Positions 1 to 10,874 of a stretch of DNA of 11,129 nt are shown here, piece by piece (the first letter of the stretch is position 1; every line of letters starts with the position of its first letter). This stretch comes from Thermodesulfobacteriota bacterium (GTDB taxonomy: Bacteria > Desulfobacterota > Desulfobacteria > Desulfobacterales > C00003060). The notes below the pieces were generated by a model. It saw nothing but the letters and a program-made list of their open reading frames with translations. It was not told the origin of the DNA and did no database searches. The DNA lies in the NCBI GenBank assembly GCA_034189385.1, contig JAXHVD010000039.1:1-11129 (forward strand), read 5' to 3'. A program made the position numbers and the translations under genes.

Positions 1-120
1 CCTCTTTGACCACCTGCCTACTGCTACCAATGAGGACGAATTCAAATCCTTGCTGCCTCAGTATCTCGACCGCGGCCAGTATCTCCAGGCCCCCCTAGGA
101 GCGGTTCACTAGACGCTTAC
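1..120 (+). mobile_element. IS66-family element, right end (partial); terminal inverted repeat ~101-120
   Basis: Reverse complement of 101-120 is GTAAGCGTCTAGTGAACCGC. It starts with the GTAAGCG typical of IS66-family termini and matches the left end at 10892 (GTAAGCGTCCAACCAACCCC) at 15/20 positions. Preceded by a TnpC-like C-terminus. Confidence 0.85.
2..112 (+). CDS. tnpC: IS66-family transposase TnpC, C-terminal fragment (5' end outside window)
   Basis: Frame 2 reads LFDHLPTATNEDEFKSLLPQYLDRGQYLQAPLGAVH*, resembling the IS66 TnpC tail (LFxxLP...xxLLP). The TAG stop (110-112) lies inside the terminal repeat. Confidence 0.8.
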   Translation, partial: LFDHLPTATNEDEFKSLLPQYLDRGQYLQAPLGAVH

Positions 121-211
121 CATTCCAAAGTGGAAGAGCATCTTGTATTTCTATTTTATTAGCTGCACCTTGAACACTCTCGCAACTTGTTGACATAAAG
201 GACTAATTACT

Positions 212-2113
212 ATGTGTGGCATTTTTGGAATTGCGACATCTTCCGGCCATATAGACCCAGATCAGTTTAACATTCCAAACGAGACCCCCGTACTTTATCA
301 TAGGGGCCCAGATGATCATGGCTATTTTCTCAACCCACAAGTATATCTTTCTCATAGGCGCCTTAGCATCATTGACTTGCACACCGGCAAACAACCAATT
401 TACAGCGCGGATAGCAGCAAATGTATTGTTTTTAATGGTGAAGTATATAATTTCATGGAACTACGCGCATGCCTAGAATCGAAGGGTTATCGTTTCATCA
501 CAAACACTGACACTGAGGTAATACTCACTGCTTATGAAGAATGGGGGAATGAATGTGTCCACAAACTAAGAGGTATGTTCGCCTTTGCTGTTTGGGATAG
601 CAAAACACGATCTCTATTCATTGCACGTGATCGTCTGGGAATTAAGCCGCTTTTTTATGCATACTATAACGGAATATTTTATTTCGCATCGGAGATGAAG
701 GCAATTTTGCAATTTCACCACTTTCCACGCGAAATTGACAGTGATGGCCTCGCTTCCTACTTTATGCTTTCGTACATTCCGGCGCCGCTCACAATATTTA
801 AACATATCCGAAAATTGCCTGCCGGACACACCCTTTCTTGGCGTGACGGTAGTATCACCCTCAATAAATATTGGGACATTTTCTTCGTTCCGGATCGCAC
901 AAAGTCCGTCGATTACTTTGTCGAAGGTTATACTGCCCTATTAGAAGAGGCCGTAAAGCTGAGAATGATCAGCGACGTTCCGTTGGGAGCCTTTTTGAGT
1001 GGCGGGATAGATTCCGGAACTGTAGTTGCTATGATGAGCAAATCAACCACTGAACCGCTTCGTAGTTTTTGTATCGCATTTGGAGGCCACATTGGTGGAT
1101 ATCTGGACGAAAGGCACTATGCTCGCCAGGTAGTAAGCAAATACGGTACTTTGCATACTGAGGATATTGTGATGCCCCAACTGGATGCGATTATGGATGA
1201 TATTGTACGCTCATTTGATGAACCTTTTGCTGATCATTCCACGATTCCATCCTTTTATTTATGCCAAAGCACGCGTCGCAAAGTCACCGTTGCACTTTCA
1301 GGTTTGGGAGGTGACGAGCTTTTTGGTGGCTATGAGCGATATCTTGGAGTCAAACTCAGTTCCTTGTACAACAGGATCCCACCTTTAATACGCGACCACC
1401 TCATTCAGAACATAGTCATGAAAATTCCAGAAAGGGCCGACGGCCATTATACAGTTAACCATATAAAGCGATTTGTTCGATCCGCGGCCGCCCCGCCTGA
1501 TCACCGATATTTTGGATTCATATCAATGCTTGCTAAAAAAGGAATCACCAGTATTTTTTCGGATCCAGAAAGCCTTAATACGCATTTTTCGAATTGTCAG
1601 GAAGCTTATGCCGCTCTTTTTAACAGCGACAATGCTAGCGAACCTCTTGATCGCGCTTTTTACTCTGACATCAAGACCTATGTACCTGAAGACATACTTG
1701 CCTGTGCGGATAGAATGAGTATGCGCCATTCTTTAGAAGTAAGAGTTCCGTTTCTCGATCACAAGCTTCTAGAGTTCTGCGCCACTATTCCCAGCGAGAT
1801 GAAAATAAGACGTTTTAATAAAAAATATATTTTGAAAAAGGGGGCCCAAAGAATTCTTCCCACATCCGTCATAACTCACAGAAAGCAGGGTTTTGTGGCT
1901 CCCATGACCCGATGGCTACAAACCGATCTAAAGCCTTACGTTTTAGGCGTTCTTAGTAGACAACATCTGGCGAGCCATGACTTATTCAACTATAATGCGG
2001 TTACTTCACTTCTCACCGACCATTTTAATAGGGTAGAAATACACGACAAGCTAATTTGGTCATTAGTTATCTTCCAAACCTGGTATAACCTTTATATCGA
2101 CAGTACTAACTAA
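212..2113 (+). CDS. asnB: Asparagine synthase (glutamine-hydrolysing) family amidotransferase, probably polysaccharide-amidating
   Basis: Ntn nucleophile MCGI, HRGPD, HRRLSIID, NGEVYN, RDRLGIKPL, PP-loop SGGIDS, SGxGGDELFGGY, EVRVPFLD, RKQGF; 633 aa; AAGGA RBS at 198-202. Confidence 0.95.
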   Translation: MCGIFGIATSSGHIDPDQFNIPNETPVLYHRGPDDHGYFLNPQVYLSHRRLSIIDLHTGKQPIYSADSSKCIVFNGEVYNFMELRACLESKGYRFITNTDTEVILTAYEEWGNECVHKLRGMFAFAVWDSKTRSLFIARDRLGIKPLFYAYYNGIFYFASEMKAILQFHHFPREIDSDGLASYFMLSYIPAPLTIFKHIRKLPAGHTLSWRDGSITLNKYWDIFFVPDRTKSVDYFVEGYTALLEEAVKLRMISDVPLGAFLSGGIDSGTVVAMMSKSTTEPLRSFCIAFGGHIGGYLDERHYARQVVSKYGTLHTEDIVMPQLDAIMDDIVRSFDEPFADHSTIPSFYLCQSTRRKVTVALSGLGGDELFGGYERYLGVKLSSLYNRIPPLIRDHLIQNIVMKIPERADGHYTVNHIKRFVRSAAAPPDHRYFGFISMLAKKGITSIFSDPESLNTHFSNCQEAYAALFNSDNASEPLDRAFYSDIKTYVPEDILACADRMSMRHSLEVRVPFLDHKLLEFCATIPSEMKIRRFNKKYILKKGAQRILPTSVITHRKQGFVAPMTRWLQTDLKPYVLGVLSRQHLASHDLFNYNAVTSLLTDHFNRVEIHDKLIWSLVIFQTWYNLYIDSTN

Positions 2114-2160
2114 TTATTCTTTCTATAAATAGCATACCGCAAATTGTAACACTCACAAGA

Positions 2161-3111
2161 ATGAATCAACCAGGCTCAGTTTTCCAGACATCAGTCATCA
2201 TACTTACCTATAATAGAAGTGCACATCTTAAGCATCTCCTGACAACGCTTCAAGACTTAAAATATCCATCTCTGGAAATAATAATTGTCGATAATTGTTC
2301 GGACGACGATACCCAACAAATGGTTAAAAGTCAGTTTCCTCTGCCGAAATACATTAGAACGAATAAAAACCTTGGCGCCAGTGCCCGGAATTTAGGCATG
2401 AAGGTCGCAAAAGGGCAGGTTCTCGTGACATTGGATGATGATATAGTTGGAATTAACGACGATCATATAGTTGAACTTGTTCAAGTCTTTAACGAAAGGC
2501 CAAGAATAGGGGCAATAAACTTTAAGGTTCTCGACAGCAATACTTTGAAGATTTGCAATTGGGTCCATCACTGCGATGAGTATCAATATGGTGAAAAGGA
2601 ATTTGAAACATACGAAATAACTGAGGGCGCAGTCGCATTTCGAAAACAAGCATTGCAAAAAGCCGGTTATTACCCTCACCATTTTTTCTTAAGCTATGAA
2701 GGTCCAGACCTTGCACTTAGAATTATTGATAGTGGTTATGACATAATTTACTTAAATACCATATCCGTTATACATTTTCATTCAGATGCCGGGAGAGACC
2801 CTTGGTTGAACTACTATTACGATACTCGAAATCAGCTTTGGCTTGCTGCTCGAAATTTTCCCGTCTCTTATTCACTTGTTTTTTTGGGTCGCGGGATACT
2901 ATCCATGCTGGTCTATTCTATACGTGATGGCTATTTTGGCTATTGGATAAAGGCCATCGTAGACGGATTAAAAGGTATTAGCGCCGCTGTAGCAGATAGA
3001 AAAGTAATTAGTAAAGACTCATTGAGAATTATTAGAACTATAGACAGGAATAGATTACCTTTTTTTTCTTTGCTAAAGAAGAGGTTGTTTAAAAGAGGGG
3101 TGCGACTTTGA
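2161..3111 (+). CDS. Glycosyltransferase family 2 (GT-A fold)
   Basis: SVIILTYNR, IIIVDNCSDD, NLGASARNLG, DXD-type TLDDD, FFLSYEGPDLALR, YYYDTRNQLW; basic C-terminal tail. Confidence 0.92.
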   Translation: MNQPGSVFQTSVIILTYNRSAHLKHLLTTLQDLKYPSLEIIIVDNCSDDDTQQMVKSQFPLPKYIRTNKNLGASARNLGMKVAKGQVLVTLDDDIVGINDDHIVELVQVFNERPRIGAINFKVLDSNTLKICNWVHHCDEYQYGEKEFETYEITEGAVAFRKQALQKAGYYPHHFFLSYEGPDLALRIIDSGYDIIYLNTISVIHFHSDAGRDPWLNYYYDTRNQLWLAARNFPVSYSLVFLGRGILSMLVYSIRDGYFGYWIKAIVDGLKGISAAVADRKVISKDSLRIIRTIDRNRLPFFSLLKKRLFKRGVRL

Positions 3112-3239
3112 AGCGACTGTTACCCCCCGTTTCCGAGTTTGTGTGCAAAAAGTGGGATCGAATTACACTGCATGGTATGATGAGCTGAGTTGGCGACCAC
3201 AGTTCCCCAGCGGGCAGCAGGGAAAGGATGATACCATGA

Positions 3240-3580
3240 GTGTCACCGACAACGTTTTCTGGAAAAAAGAAGCGCCGTTATCTATCCGCCGAGAAAAAGT
3301 ATCAGCGCTTCCTTGAGACCAGAGATGAGACACCCTTGGGAGAGGCGTCGCGCTGAGAGGAGCTATACTCGAGCAACCTGGTAAGGATCTAGCGTATAGT
3401 AAAGCAAAGTGCGTTGGAGCGTCTAGCAGCGCGGCCCGGTCCTGCCAAAAAGACAGTCTCCCACCAAGATTACGATGCCCTGAAGCAGGAACTCCAAGAA
3501 AAGGAACGAGTAATAGCTGAGACCGCCGTGGAGTTGGCGATTCTTCGAAAAAAACCAATGGGGGTTCGTGGGAAAGATAC
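3240..3580 (+). pseudogene. IS3-family OrfA (HTH plus coiled coil), disrupted
   Basis: Frame reads ..KKKRRYLSAEKKYQRFLE..SR*EELYSSNLVRI*RIVKQSALERLAARPG..DYDALKQELQEKERVIAETAVELAILRKK, with in-frame stops at 3354 (TGA) and 3390 (TAG). A7 run at 3548-3554 at the OrfA/OrfB junction. AAAGGA RBS-like at 3223-3228. Confidence 0.75.
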
Positions 3581-3975
3581 AGGGCACCTGGTACCGCATC
3601 CTGCGTTGCGAAGGCTTGATGAGCCTTAGGGGGACCTGCCGTCATCACAATGGGCGGTGGCGCTCCCTTGCCTTCGGTGCAAAGGGAGATTACCGGGCCG
3701 AACCAGCGCTGGTGTTGGGATATCAGTTACCTGCCCAACTACGATACAAGTGTGTTTTTGTCTCTGTATTTGCTGCTCAATGAGTTCTCCCGAAAAGCCA
3801 TCCACTGGCTGATCAGCTGGCATCAAAGGCCTAAGGAGGCGCAAGAGCTTCTTGAAAACGCCCTGCTCTCAGAGAACATTCTCGCTTTGCCTGAACCCCA
3901 ACGACCAGAGATTGTCGCTGACCGGGGTCGGCAGATGAAGGCCAGTTCGATAAAGACCGTGTTCGAGCTCCACGG
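3568..3975 (+). pseudogene. IS3-family OrfB (rve/DDE transposase), 5' part, frameshifted and interrupted by IS21
   Basis: MGKIQGTWYRILRCEGLM (frame of 3568) shifts to ITGPNQRWCWDISYL..LLNEFSRKAI..IVADRGRQM..FELHG (frame of 3650), which carries the first two DDE motifs. Confidence 0.85.
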
Positions 3976-3982
3976 TGTCAAG

Positions 3983-4025
3983 GGGAATTGAATTTTTACC
4001 CTTTGTGGGAATTGAAAATTTACCC
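3983..4025. repeat. IS21 right-end transposase-binding repeats (2 x 19 bp, 24-bp period)
   Basis: GGGAATTGAATTTTTACCC (3983-4001) and GGGAATTGAAAATTTACCC (4007-4025). Confidence 0.85.
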
Positions 4026-4030
4026 CCCCT

Positions 4031-6102
<2,072 letters not shown>

Positions 6103-6125
6103 TGTTACCCCCTTTCTTGGCAGGG

Positions 6126-6168
6126 GGGTAAATTTTCGTTTCCCCTAGGGGGTAAATTTTGCATTCCC
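6126..6168. repeat. IS21 left-end transposase-binding repeats (2 x 19 bp, 24-bp period)
   Basis: Minus strand: GGGAATGCAAAATTTACCC and GGGAAACGAAAATTTACCC, same consensus as the other end. Confidence 0.85.
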
Positions 6169-6178
6169 GCTGACACGG

Positions 6179-6538
6179 TATGCCTCAGCTCTTTGCCCTG
6201 CCGCGAGCCCCAATGATAATCCCTTTGTGGAATCAGCATTTGGTACCGCAAAGACCGCCCCTGGCTACCCAGGACGATTCCTTGACCGGTGAGACGCCGT
6301 GCGGTACTTTGATAAATATTTTCGATGGTACAACACCGAGCACTTGCACTCCGGCATCGATTATGTCACCCCTGACCAATGTCATCGTGGGCTCAGAGAT
6401 CAGATCGTGGCCAAACGTAAGGCCAAGTTTGACAGACAACGAAAATGGCGAAAGCAGGTGAAGCGCCACGGCCGCGATCCGTTGCAGGATCCCTGCCGAG
6501 GGTTCATCATATCATTAACCCCGTGCCTCGTAGTCTAA
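6179..6538 (+). pseudogene. IS3-family OrfB, 3' part, with frameshift and nonsense codon
   Basis: MPQLFALPRA, then a 1-nt shift (~6207-6211) to PNDNPFVESAFGTAKTAPGYPGRFLDR*DAVRYFDKYFRWYNTEHLHSGIDYVTP. Contains the catalytic E motif and the YN..H.HS.I.Y.TP motif; TGA at 6290-6292. Confidence 0.88.
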
Positions 6539-6592
6539 TAGACCCGCTCTTTGGGTCATTGATTCAGAAACGCGCCGATTATTGGAGTAGCC

Positions 6593-7651
6593 TTGCTCAA
6601 TATCGAAGATCGAATTCACAGAGTTAAACACGCATTTGCAGATTATTTGTCTAGAGAAGAGAATGAGGTGCTCATAAGTTTTGAGGTTATACATATTTTG
6701 GAGAGACCTTTTTCTGCTATTGTATTTATAACAGCCAAAACTACTGAAAATGTACGCAAGGTCGTTATCAAGACAGTTGTGGATCACCCGATGAACCGCC
6801 ACTTGATTGAACAGCAAAACCAGGCGGAGGTCGAGTATGATGTCCTCAAACACTTGCATCCCAGATTTGCGCCAGTTGAGAATTGTTCAGTCCCACATCC
6901 CATACTTGTTATTCCGGAGATTGACACTTACTTAATGGAGTTTGTGGATGGCACTTTGCTTTCAGACAAATTAAGATATGATCGATATTTTGCATCAAAG
7001 AATGAGTTTGCCACACTTGTACAATATTTTAAAGACTGCGGTAGGTGGCTGAAGAAATTTCAGGAATTCACAGGGATTGATACAGCCGGCGTTGAAATAC
7101 TGAATACTGTCATAGGGCGATGTGAGCATCGCTTAAAGCACATAGAAAGTGCGCGTCATACTCCTTGCCCAAAGAAACTTCGGGCAAAAGTAATGAATCT
7201 GTTACATGATCAAATCTCGTGCCTTTCAAAAACCCAAATTTTGGTTAGTGGACGTCATGGTGACTTCAGTTCTTTTAATATCCTATGCGGGCCAGAGGGT
7301 ATTAACGTCATTGATTTCTTGGGATTTGAGAGGGATTCCGTCACAATAGACTTGATATCAATGTTAGTGCATCTTGAAAATGAAAGCCTATGTATGAGCA
7401 GTAATCCTTGGCGTGTGCGTGCTCTCATGGACAGCTTTTTGGAAGGATTTGGGGATGTTCCGCAAATTCCAGCACCCGTGCTAATCATATCTGAAGCGTC
7501 AATTCGGGTCATCAGCCTTTGGGGGAACATTTCACGCACACATAAAAGAATACACCACAAAATAGAAGCTAAAAGGTGTATAAAGAAAGATATAAACTGG
7601 TTGATTAATGCGAAAAAGCAAGATCTACTATGGCCCACGGTACAAAGCTAG
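6593..7651 (+). CDS. Aminoglycoside-phosphotransferase/protein-kinase-like fold phosphotransferase
   Basis: VVIK lysine, EYDVL helix-C glutamate, LMEFVDG hinge, Brenner motif HGDFSSFNIL, IDF metal-binding motif; TTG start preceded by GGAG (6584-6587). Confidence 0.82.
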   Translation: MLNIEDRIHRVKHAFADYLSREENEVLISFEVIHILERPFSAIVFITAKTTENVRKVVIKTVVDHPMNRHLIEQQNQAEVEYDVLKHLHPRFAPVENCSVPHPILVIPEIDTYLMEFVDGTLLSDKLRYDRYFASKNEFATLVQYFKDCGRWLKKFQEFTGIDTAGVEILNTVIGRCEHRLKHIESARHTPCPKKLRAKVMNLLHDQISCLSKTQILVSGRHGDFSSFNILCGPEGINVIDFLGFERDSVTIDLISMLVHLENESLCMSSNPWRVRALMDSFLEGFGDVPQIPAPVLIISEASIRVISLWGNISRTHKRIHHKIEAKRCIKKDINWLINAKKQDLLWPTVQS

Positions 7652-7872
7652 ATGGAATAGTAACGAACAAGAGCCGATTTGGCGTTACGGCAAATGTTAT
7701 TTCTGAATTGGGCTTCCAAAAACGTTACAAACCCTCACAGGGATCTAGCCGGATCTAAAACGGCAAATATCGCATAAAAACACTAGCTTAGGCTTGTGAT
7801 GCATTATGCTTCCCATTTTGAAGAGTTCTTTACCAGATGGTATCTACTAATGTACGGTCAAGTATCGTTGTG

Positions 7873-7888
7873 CGGTATGAAATTTGCA
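7873..7888 (+). promoter_or_regulatory. Putative sigma54 (-24/-12) promoter
   Basis: CGGTATGAAATTTGCA: GG (7874-7875), N10, GC (7886-7887) with TTTGCA, close to the TGGCACG-N4-TTGCW consensus; about 80 bp upstream of the ATG at 7971. Confidence 0.6.
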
Positions 7889-7970
7889 TGATTTCGACGC
7901 AGGAAAAACTGGAAAAGCATTGCTGGTAGTTTATAGTGCGATTTTGGATTCTAGGAGGAGGTTATTAATT

Positions 7971-10706
7971 ATGCAAAGGGCCTTTAACTTAATGATGGCG
8001 TTATCGGTTGTTTTGTTAATAGGGGTTCCAAATGCTCTTAGTGCACCAGAAATACATAATGTTGACGGGATGTTGGACCACGGGGAGCTCATTACTATTT
8101 CAGGCCTTAATTTTGGCACAAATACGGCGATTGGTACAAGTGATCTTCAGTGGCTTGGTGACAACATTGAAGCTGGGCCGGACGGTGGGGCTTTTTCAAG
8201 TCCAAATTGGTCTCAGAAGACTACAACGGAAACTAGCGGCGCAGCAGTTGCGCGATACGATGACGACGGGCAGGCACACAGTGGGAACAAGGCTCTAATT
8301 CTAGACTATGACAAATCAGGATCGTTAAATCGTTATAATGCTTGGATAAGATATAACCATGGTGGTTCGTCAATGTCCAAGGTCTATATGACTTATTGGA
8401 CGTATGTGAACCATTACGCGGGCAGTTGGGGCCATTTTAAGCTGTTTAGAATACAAAGGGGGAGTGTGGAAAGTGACTCAAATGGGGCACCGGGTTTTGT
8501 TGTGTCTGAATATGGAGGGTTCCACAATTTTCCCACAAGTACGCTGAATGATTGGTGGTGCAGCCCATATCCTTGCATTGATGATGGTTATGGTCCTAAA
8601 ACCGGGCCGTGTGGAACACAAAGAGTTGGCGCAGGATATGATCATATTATTGGCGCATCCGGAATCGTCCCAGGAAATTCAGGAAATAGAGATCAATGGT
8701 TGAGGGTTGAAGTATATGTGGAGCAGGGCAGCGAGAATACGTGCAATGGAACATTTCAATACTGGATGCATAAGCCTGGGGCATCTATTAGCAAGGCTAC
8801 TCAAGCAGATTATGATGGCAATCTATTGGTTCGAACGAGTTCTCAGGATCTGCATTACGTTTTCATAGGCCATTACGCCGGTGATGACTCTACGTTTCAC
8901 CTGAAACAGTGGATAGATGATGTATTTATTCAGGTTGGAGGGCGGCAACGGGTTGAAATCGGAGACAATTCATTTTGGTCTTCTTGTACCTACAGAGATA
9001 TCCAGATACCGACGTATTGGTCTGACAATGGAATAACAATCAAATTCAATAAGGGTTCATTTAATCAGGGGCAGACTGCTTATCTATTTGTTGTCGACGA
9101 AAACGGAAATGTTAACTCTCAGGGGCATCCCATAGTGATCGGTGGCGGTGGCGGTGGCGACGATACAGCGCCAACGACCTCGGGTCATGCACCGAGCAAG
9201 GATGCTACGAGTGTTGCGGTCGATTCGAACGTCCTTGTTCATGTGCTAGACAGCGGCGACGGCGTTGACCAGTCTTCAATCGTTATGGTTGTAGATGGAC
9301 AAACCGTCAGTCCTACCATTGCAGGAAATTCAGACAACTACACCGTGACGTACGATCCCCCTGATGATTTTTTCTCGGGGCAAGATGTGACCGTCACAAT
9401 CGATGCGCAGGATCTTCATGACCCTCCAAACGTAATGCCTCAAGATTCTTACAGTTTTACAGTGGCCCTAGCCCCGGACACAACTGATCCCACAGTCAAC
9501 ATAACCCAACCCACTAGTGGAGACGCCTATTCCACAGATCAAGACCATTTAACATTGGGGGGTGGTGCCTCGGACAACACTGGCGTAACAAGTGTTACTT
9601 GGGCAAGCAATCGAGGTGGCAGCGGCACGGCATCCGGCACGACTAGCTGGACGATCTCTAACATCACATTACAGGATGGTGAAAATGTAATTACAGTAAC
9701 TGCCCATGACGCGGCCGGGAATGCTGGTCCTGACACTCTGACTATCACCTATACCCCGCCTGCTGGAACCTATACTGAAGAGTTTGGGAGCGCCACTGGC
9801 ACTGACCACCCTGGAACTTTAAAGGATACGTATATCCGCCTTAATACCGCCAATTATTCGTCAGAAGACCTCCTAAATACCTACACTTGGCCTCAAGACC
9901 AGGTAGCCAATGCTATTGTAATGAAGTGGGATCTATCGGCCATACCCAGTTCCGCAAGTGTTCAGGATGCAACATTGTATCTATACCTGAACAGCATGAC
10001 CGATGGTGGCGGGGACAACACATACGACCTCACTGTTCACAAAGTCGTCAATTACAATCCTGTAGTATCGGCTTGCACGGGTTACACTTATGACGGAACC
10101 AATTCGTGGACAGCAAATAGTCAGTGTTATAACAATGTTCCCATGGCTCAGGCGGATATTGAGCCACCAGAAGACACGCAATCTATTGACAAGATATACG
10201 ACTATAAATCCTGGAGTGTCACGAACATGGTCCGGGGTTGGGTTTCTAACCCAGCCTCCAACTATGGGATGTTGGTCAATTCAGATCCGATAGCCACTTC
10301 TAGTAGTAACAGGTATTTCAACTCAACGGAATCCTCAAACCCTGACCAAAGACCTAAACTGGTGGTCACTTACACTGTAGACGAGCAGGTAGATACCACT
10401 GATCCCACAGTGGCTATCACGTCACCGGTATCTCAAGATACTTATTCCACGGAGGAGGATACCGTAGACTTAGGTGGTAGTGCCTGGGATGACGTTAGTG
10501 TCACCAGTGTGACGTGGACAAACAGTAGGGGGGGAAGCGGCACTGCATCGGGAACAGACAATTGGACTATCTCTGGGATCACCGTTCAGTGCGGTGATGA
10601 TAACGTGCTGACAGTGTCTGCCCAAGATGCTGCGGGCAATTCCGGCACTGACACTCTGACGGTAGATGTTAAACCCTGCACCCCCTCGGGCTTCGACACG
10701 CAGTAG
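7971..10706 (+). CDS. Secreted modular protein (~911 aa): signal peptide, putative carbohydrate-active beta domain, Ig-like domains, DNRLRE-type domain
   Basis: Strong RBS AGGAGGAGG (7953-7961) favours ATG 7971 over TTG 7884. Sec signal MQRAFNLMMALSVVLLIGVPNALS|AP. G6 linker at 9141-9158. Ig-like unit ~9159-9470. Two DTTDPTV..A.DAAGN Ig-like repeats. DNRLRE/disaggregatase-like module ~9820-10373 (DTYI..NY..KWDLSAIP..ATLYLY..VTNMVRGWV..NYGML..FNSTE..RPKLVVTY). Confidence 0.85.
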   Translation: MQRAFNLMMALSVVLLIGVPNALSAPEIHNVDGMLDHGELITISGLNFGTNTAIGTSDLQWLGDNIEAGPDGGAFSSPNWSQKTTTETSGAAVARYDDDGQAHSGNKALILDYDKSGSLNRYNAWIRYNHGGSSMSKVYMTYWTYVNHYAGSWGHFKLFRIQRGSVESDSNGAPGFVVSEYGGFHNFPTSTLNDWWCSPYPCIDDGYGPKTGPCGTQRVGAGYDHIIGASGIVPGNSGNRDQWLRVEVYVEQGSENTCNGTFQYWMHKPGASISKATQADYDGNLLVRTSSQDLHYVFIGHYAGDDSTFHLKQWIDDVFIQVGGRQRVEIGDNSFWSSCTYRDIQIPTYWSDNGITIKFNKGSFNQGQTAYLFVVDENGNVNSQGHPIVIGGGGGGDDTAPTTSGHAPSKDATSVAVDSNVLVHVLDSGDGVDQSSIVMVVDGQTVSPTIAGNSDNYTVTYDPPDDFFSGQDVTVTIDAQDLHDPPNVMPQDSYSFTVALAPDTTDPTVNITQPTSGDAYSTDQDHLTLGGGASDNTGVTSVTWASNRGGSGTASGTTSWTISNITLQDGENVITVTAHDAAGNAGPDTLTITYTPPAGTYTEEFGSATGTDHPGTLKDTYIRLNTANYSSEDLLNTYTWPQDQVANAIVMKWDLSAIPSSASVQDATLYLYLNSMTDGGGDNTYDLTVHKVVNYNPVVSACTGYTYDGTNSWTANSQCYNNVPMAQADIEPPEDTQSIDKIYDYKSWSVTNMVRGWVSNPASNYGMLVNSDPIATSSSNRYFNSTESSNPDQRPKLVVTYTVDEQVDTTDPTVAITSPVSQDTYSTEEDTVDLGGSAWDDVSVTSVTWTNSRGGSGTASGTDNWTISGITVQCGDDNVLTVSAQDAAGNSGTDTLTVDVKPCTPSGFDTQ
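9477..10670 (+). repeat. Two diverged intragenic Ig-like repeats (9477-9752 and 10392-10670) flanking the DNRLRE-type module
   Basis: DTTDPTVNITQP..VTSVTWASNRGGSGTASGTTSWTIS..AHDAAGNAGPDTLT vs DTTDPTVAITSP..VTSVTWTNSRGGSGTASGTDNWTIS..AQDAAGNSGTDTLT; shared DNA words ACTGATCCCACAGT and TGACACTCTGAC. Confidence 0.9.
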
Positions 10707-10831
10707 GTCACGCATTCCGTGGGGAGTCGCCCCGCCGCAGAGGCCCTTGGGCAAAGAACGAGAAGGAAACAATAGAATGGACTGCCGCCTGACAATCTGT
10801 TAGCTGTTGCCGGATCCTTTCCTGGCCTGTT

Positions 10832-10874
10832 GGCCAGTGCGCTGATCTTCTTGGCGTACTGGCCTTTTTTGTTT
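10832..10874 (+). terminator. Rho-independent terminator
   Basis: GGCCAGTGCGC(TGA)-TCTTC-(TTG)GCGTACTGGCC stem (11 bp with one G-U, extendable) followed by TTTTTTGTTT. Confidence 0.8.

Noticed and set aside
3548..3555. Functional programmed -1 frameshift at the A7C run
   Set aside because: The position fits IS3 biology, but the -1 frame soon hits a stop and the element is too decayed to support the claim.
6593..7651. Aminoglycoside resistance gene
   Set aside because: Only fold-level motifs are shared, and the context is glycan biosynthesis.
7909..7924. Second sigma54-like box CTGGAAAAGCATTGCT
   Set aside because: GG-to-GC spacing is 9 nt rather than the required 10.
7884..7970. TTG start at 7884 given by the ORF track
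   Set aside because: No RBS, it overlaps the putative -12 box, and ATG 7971 has AGGAGGAGG and begins a clean signal peptide.
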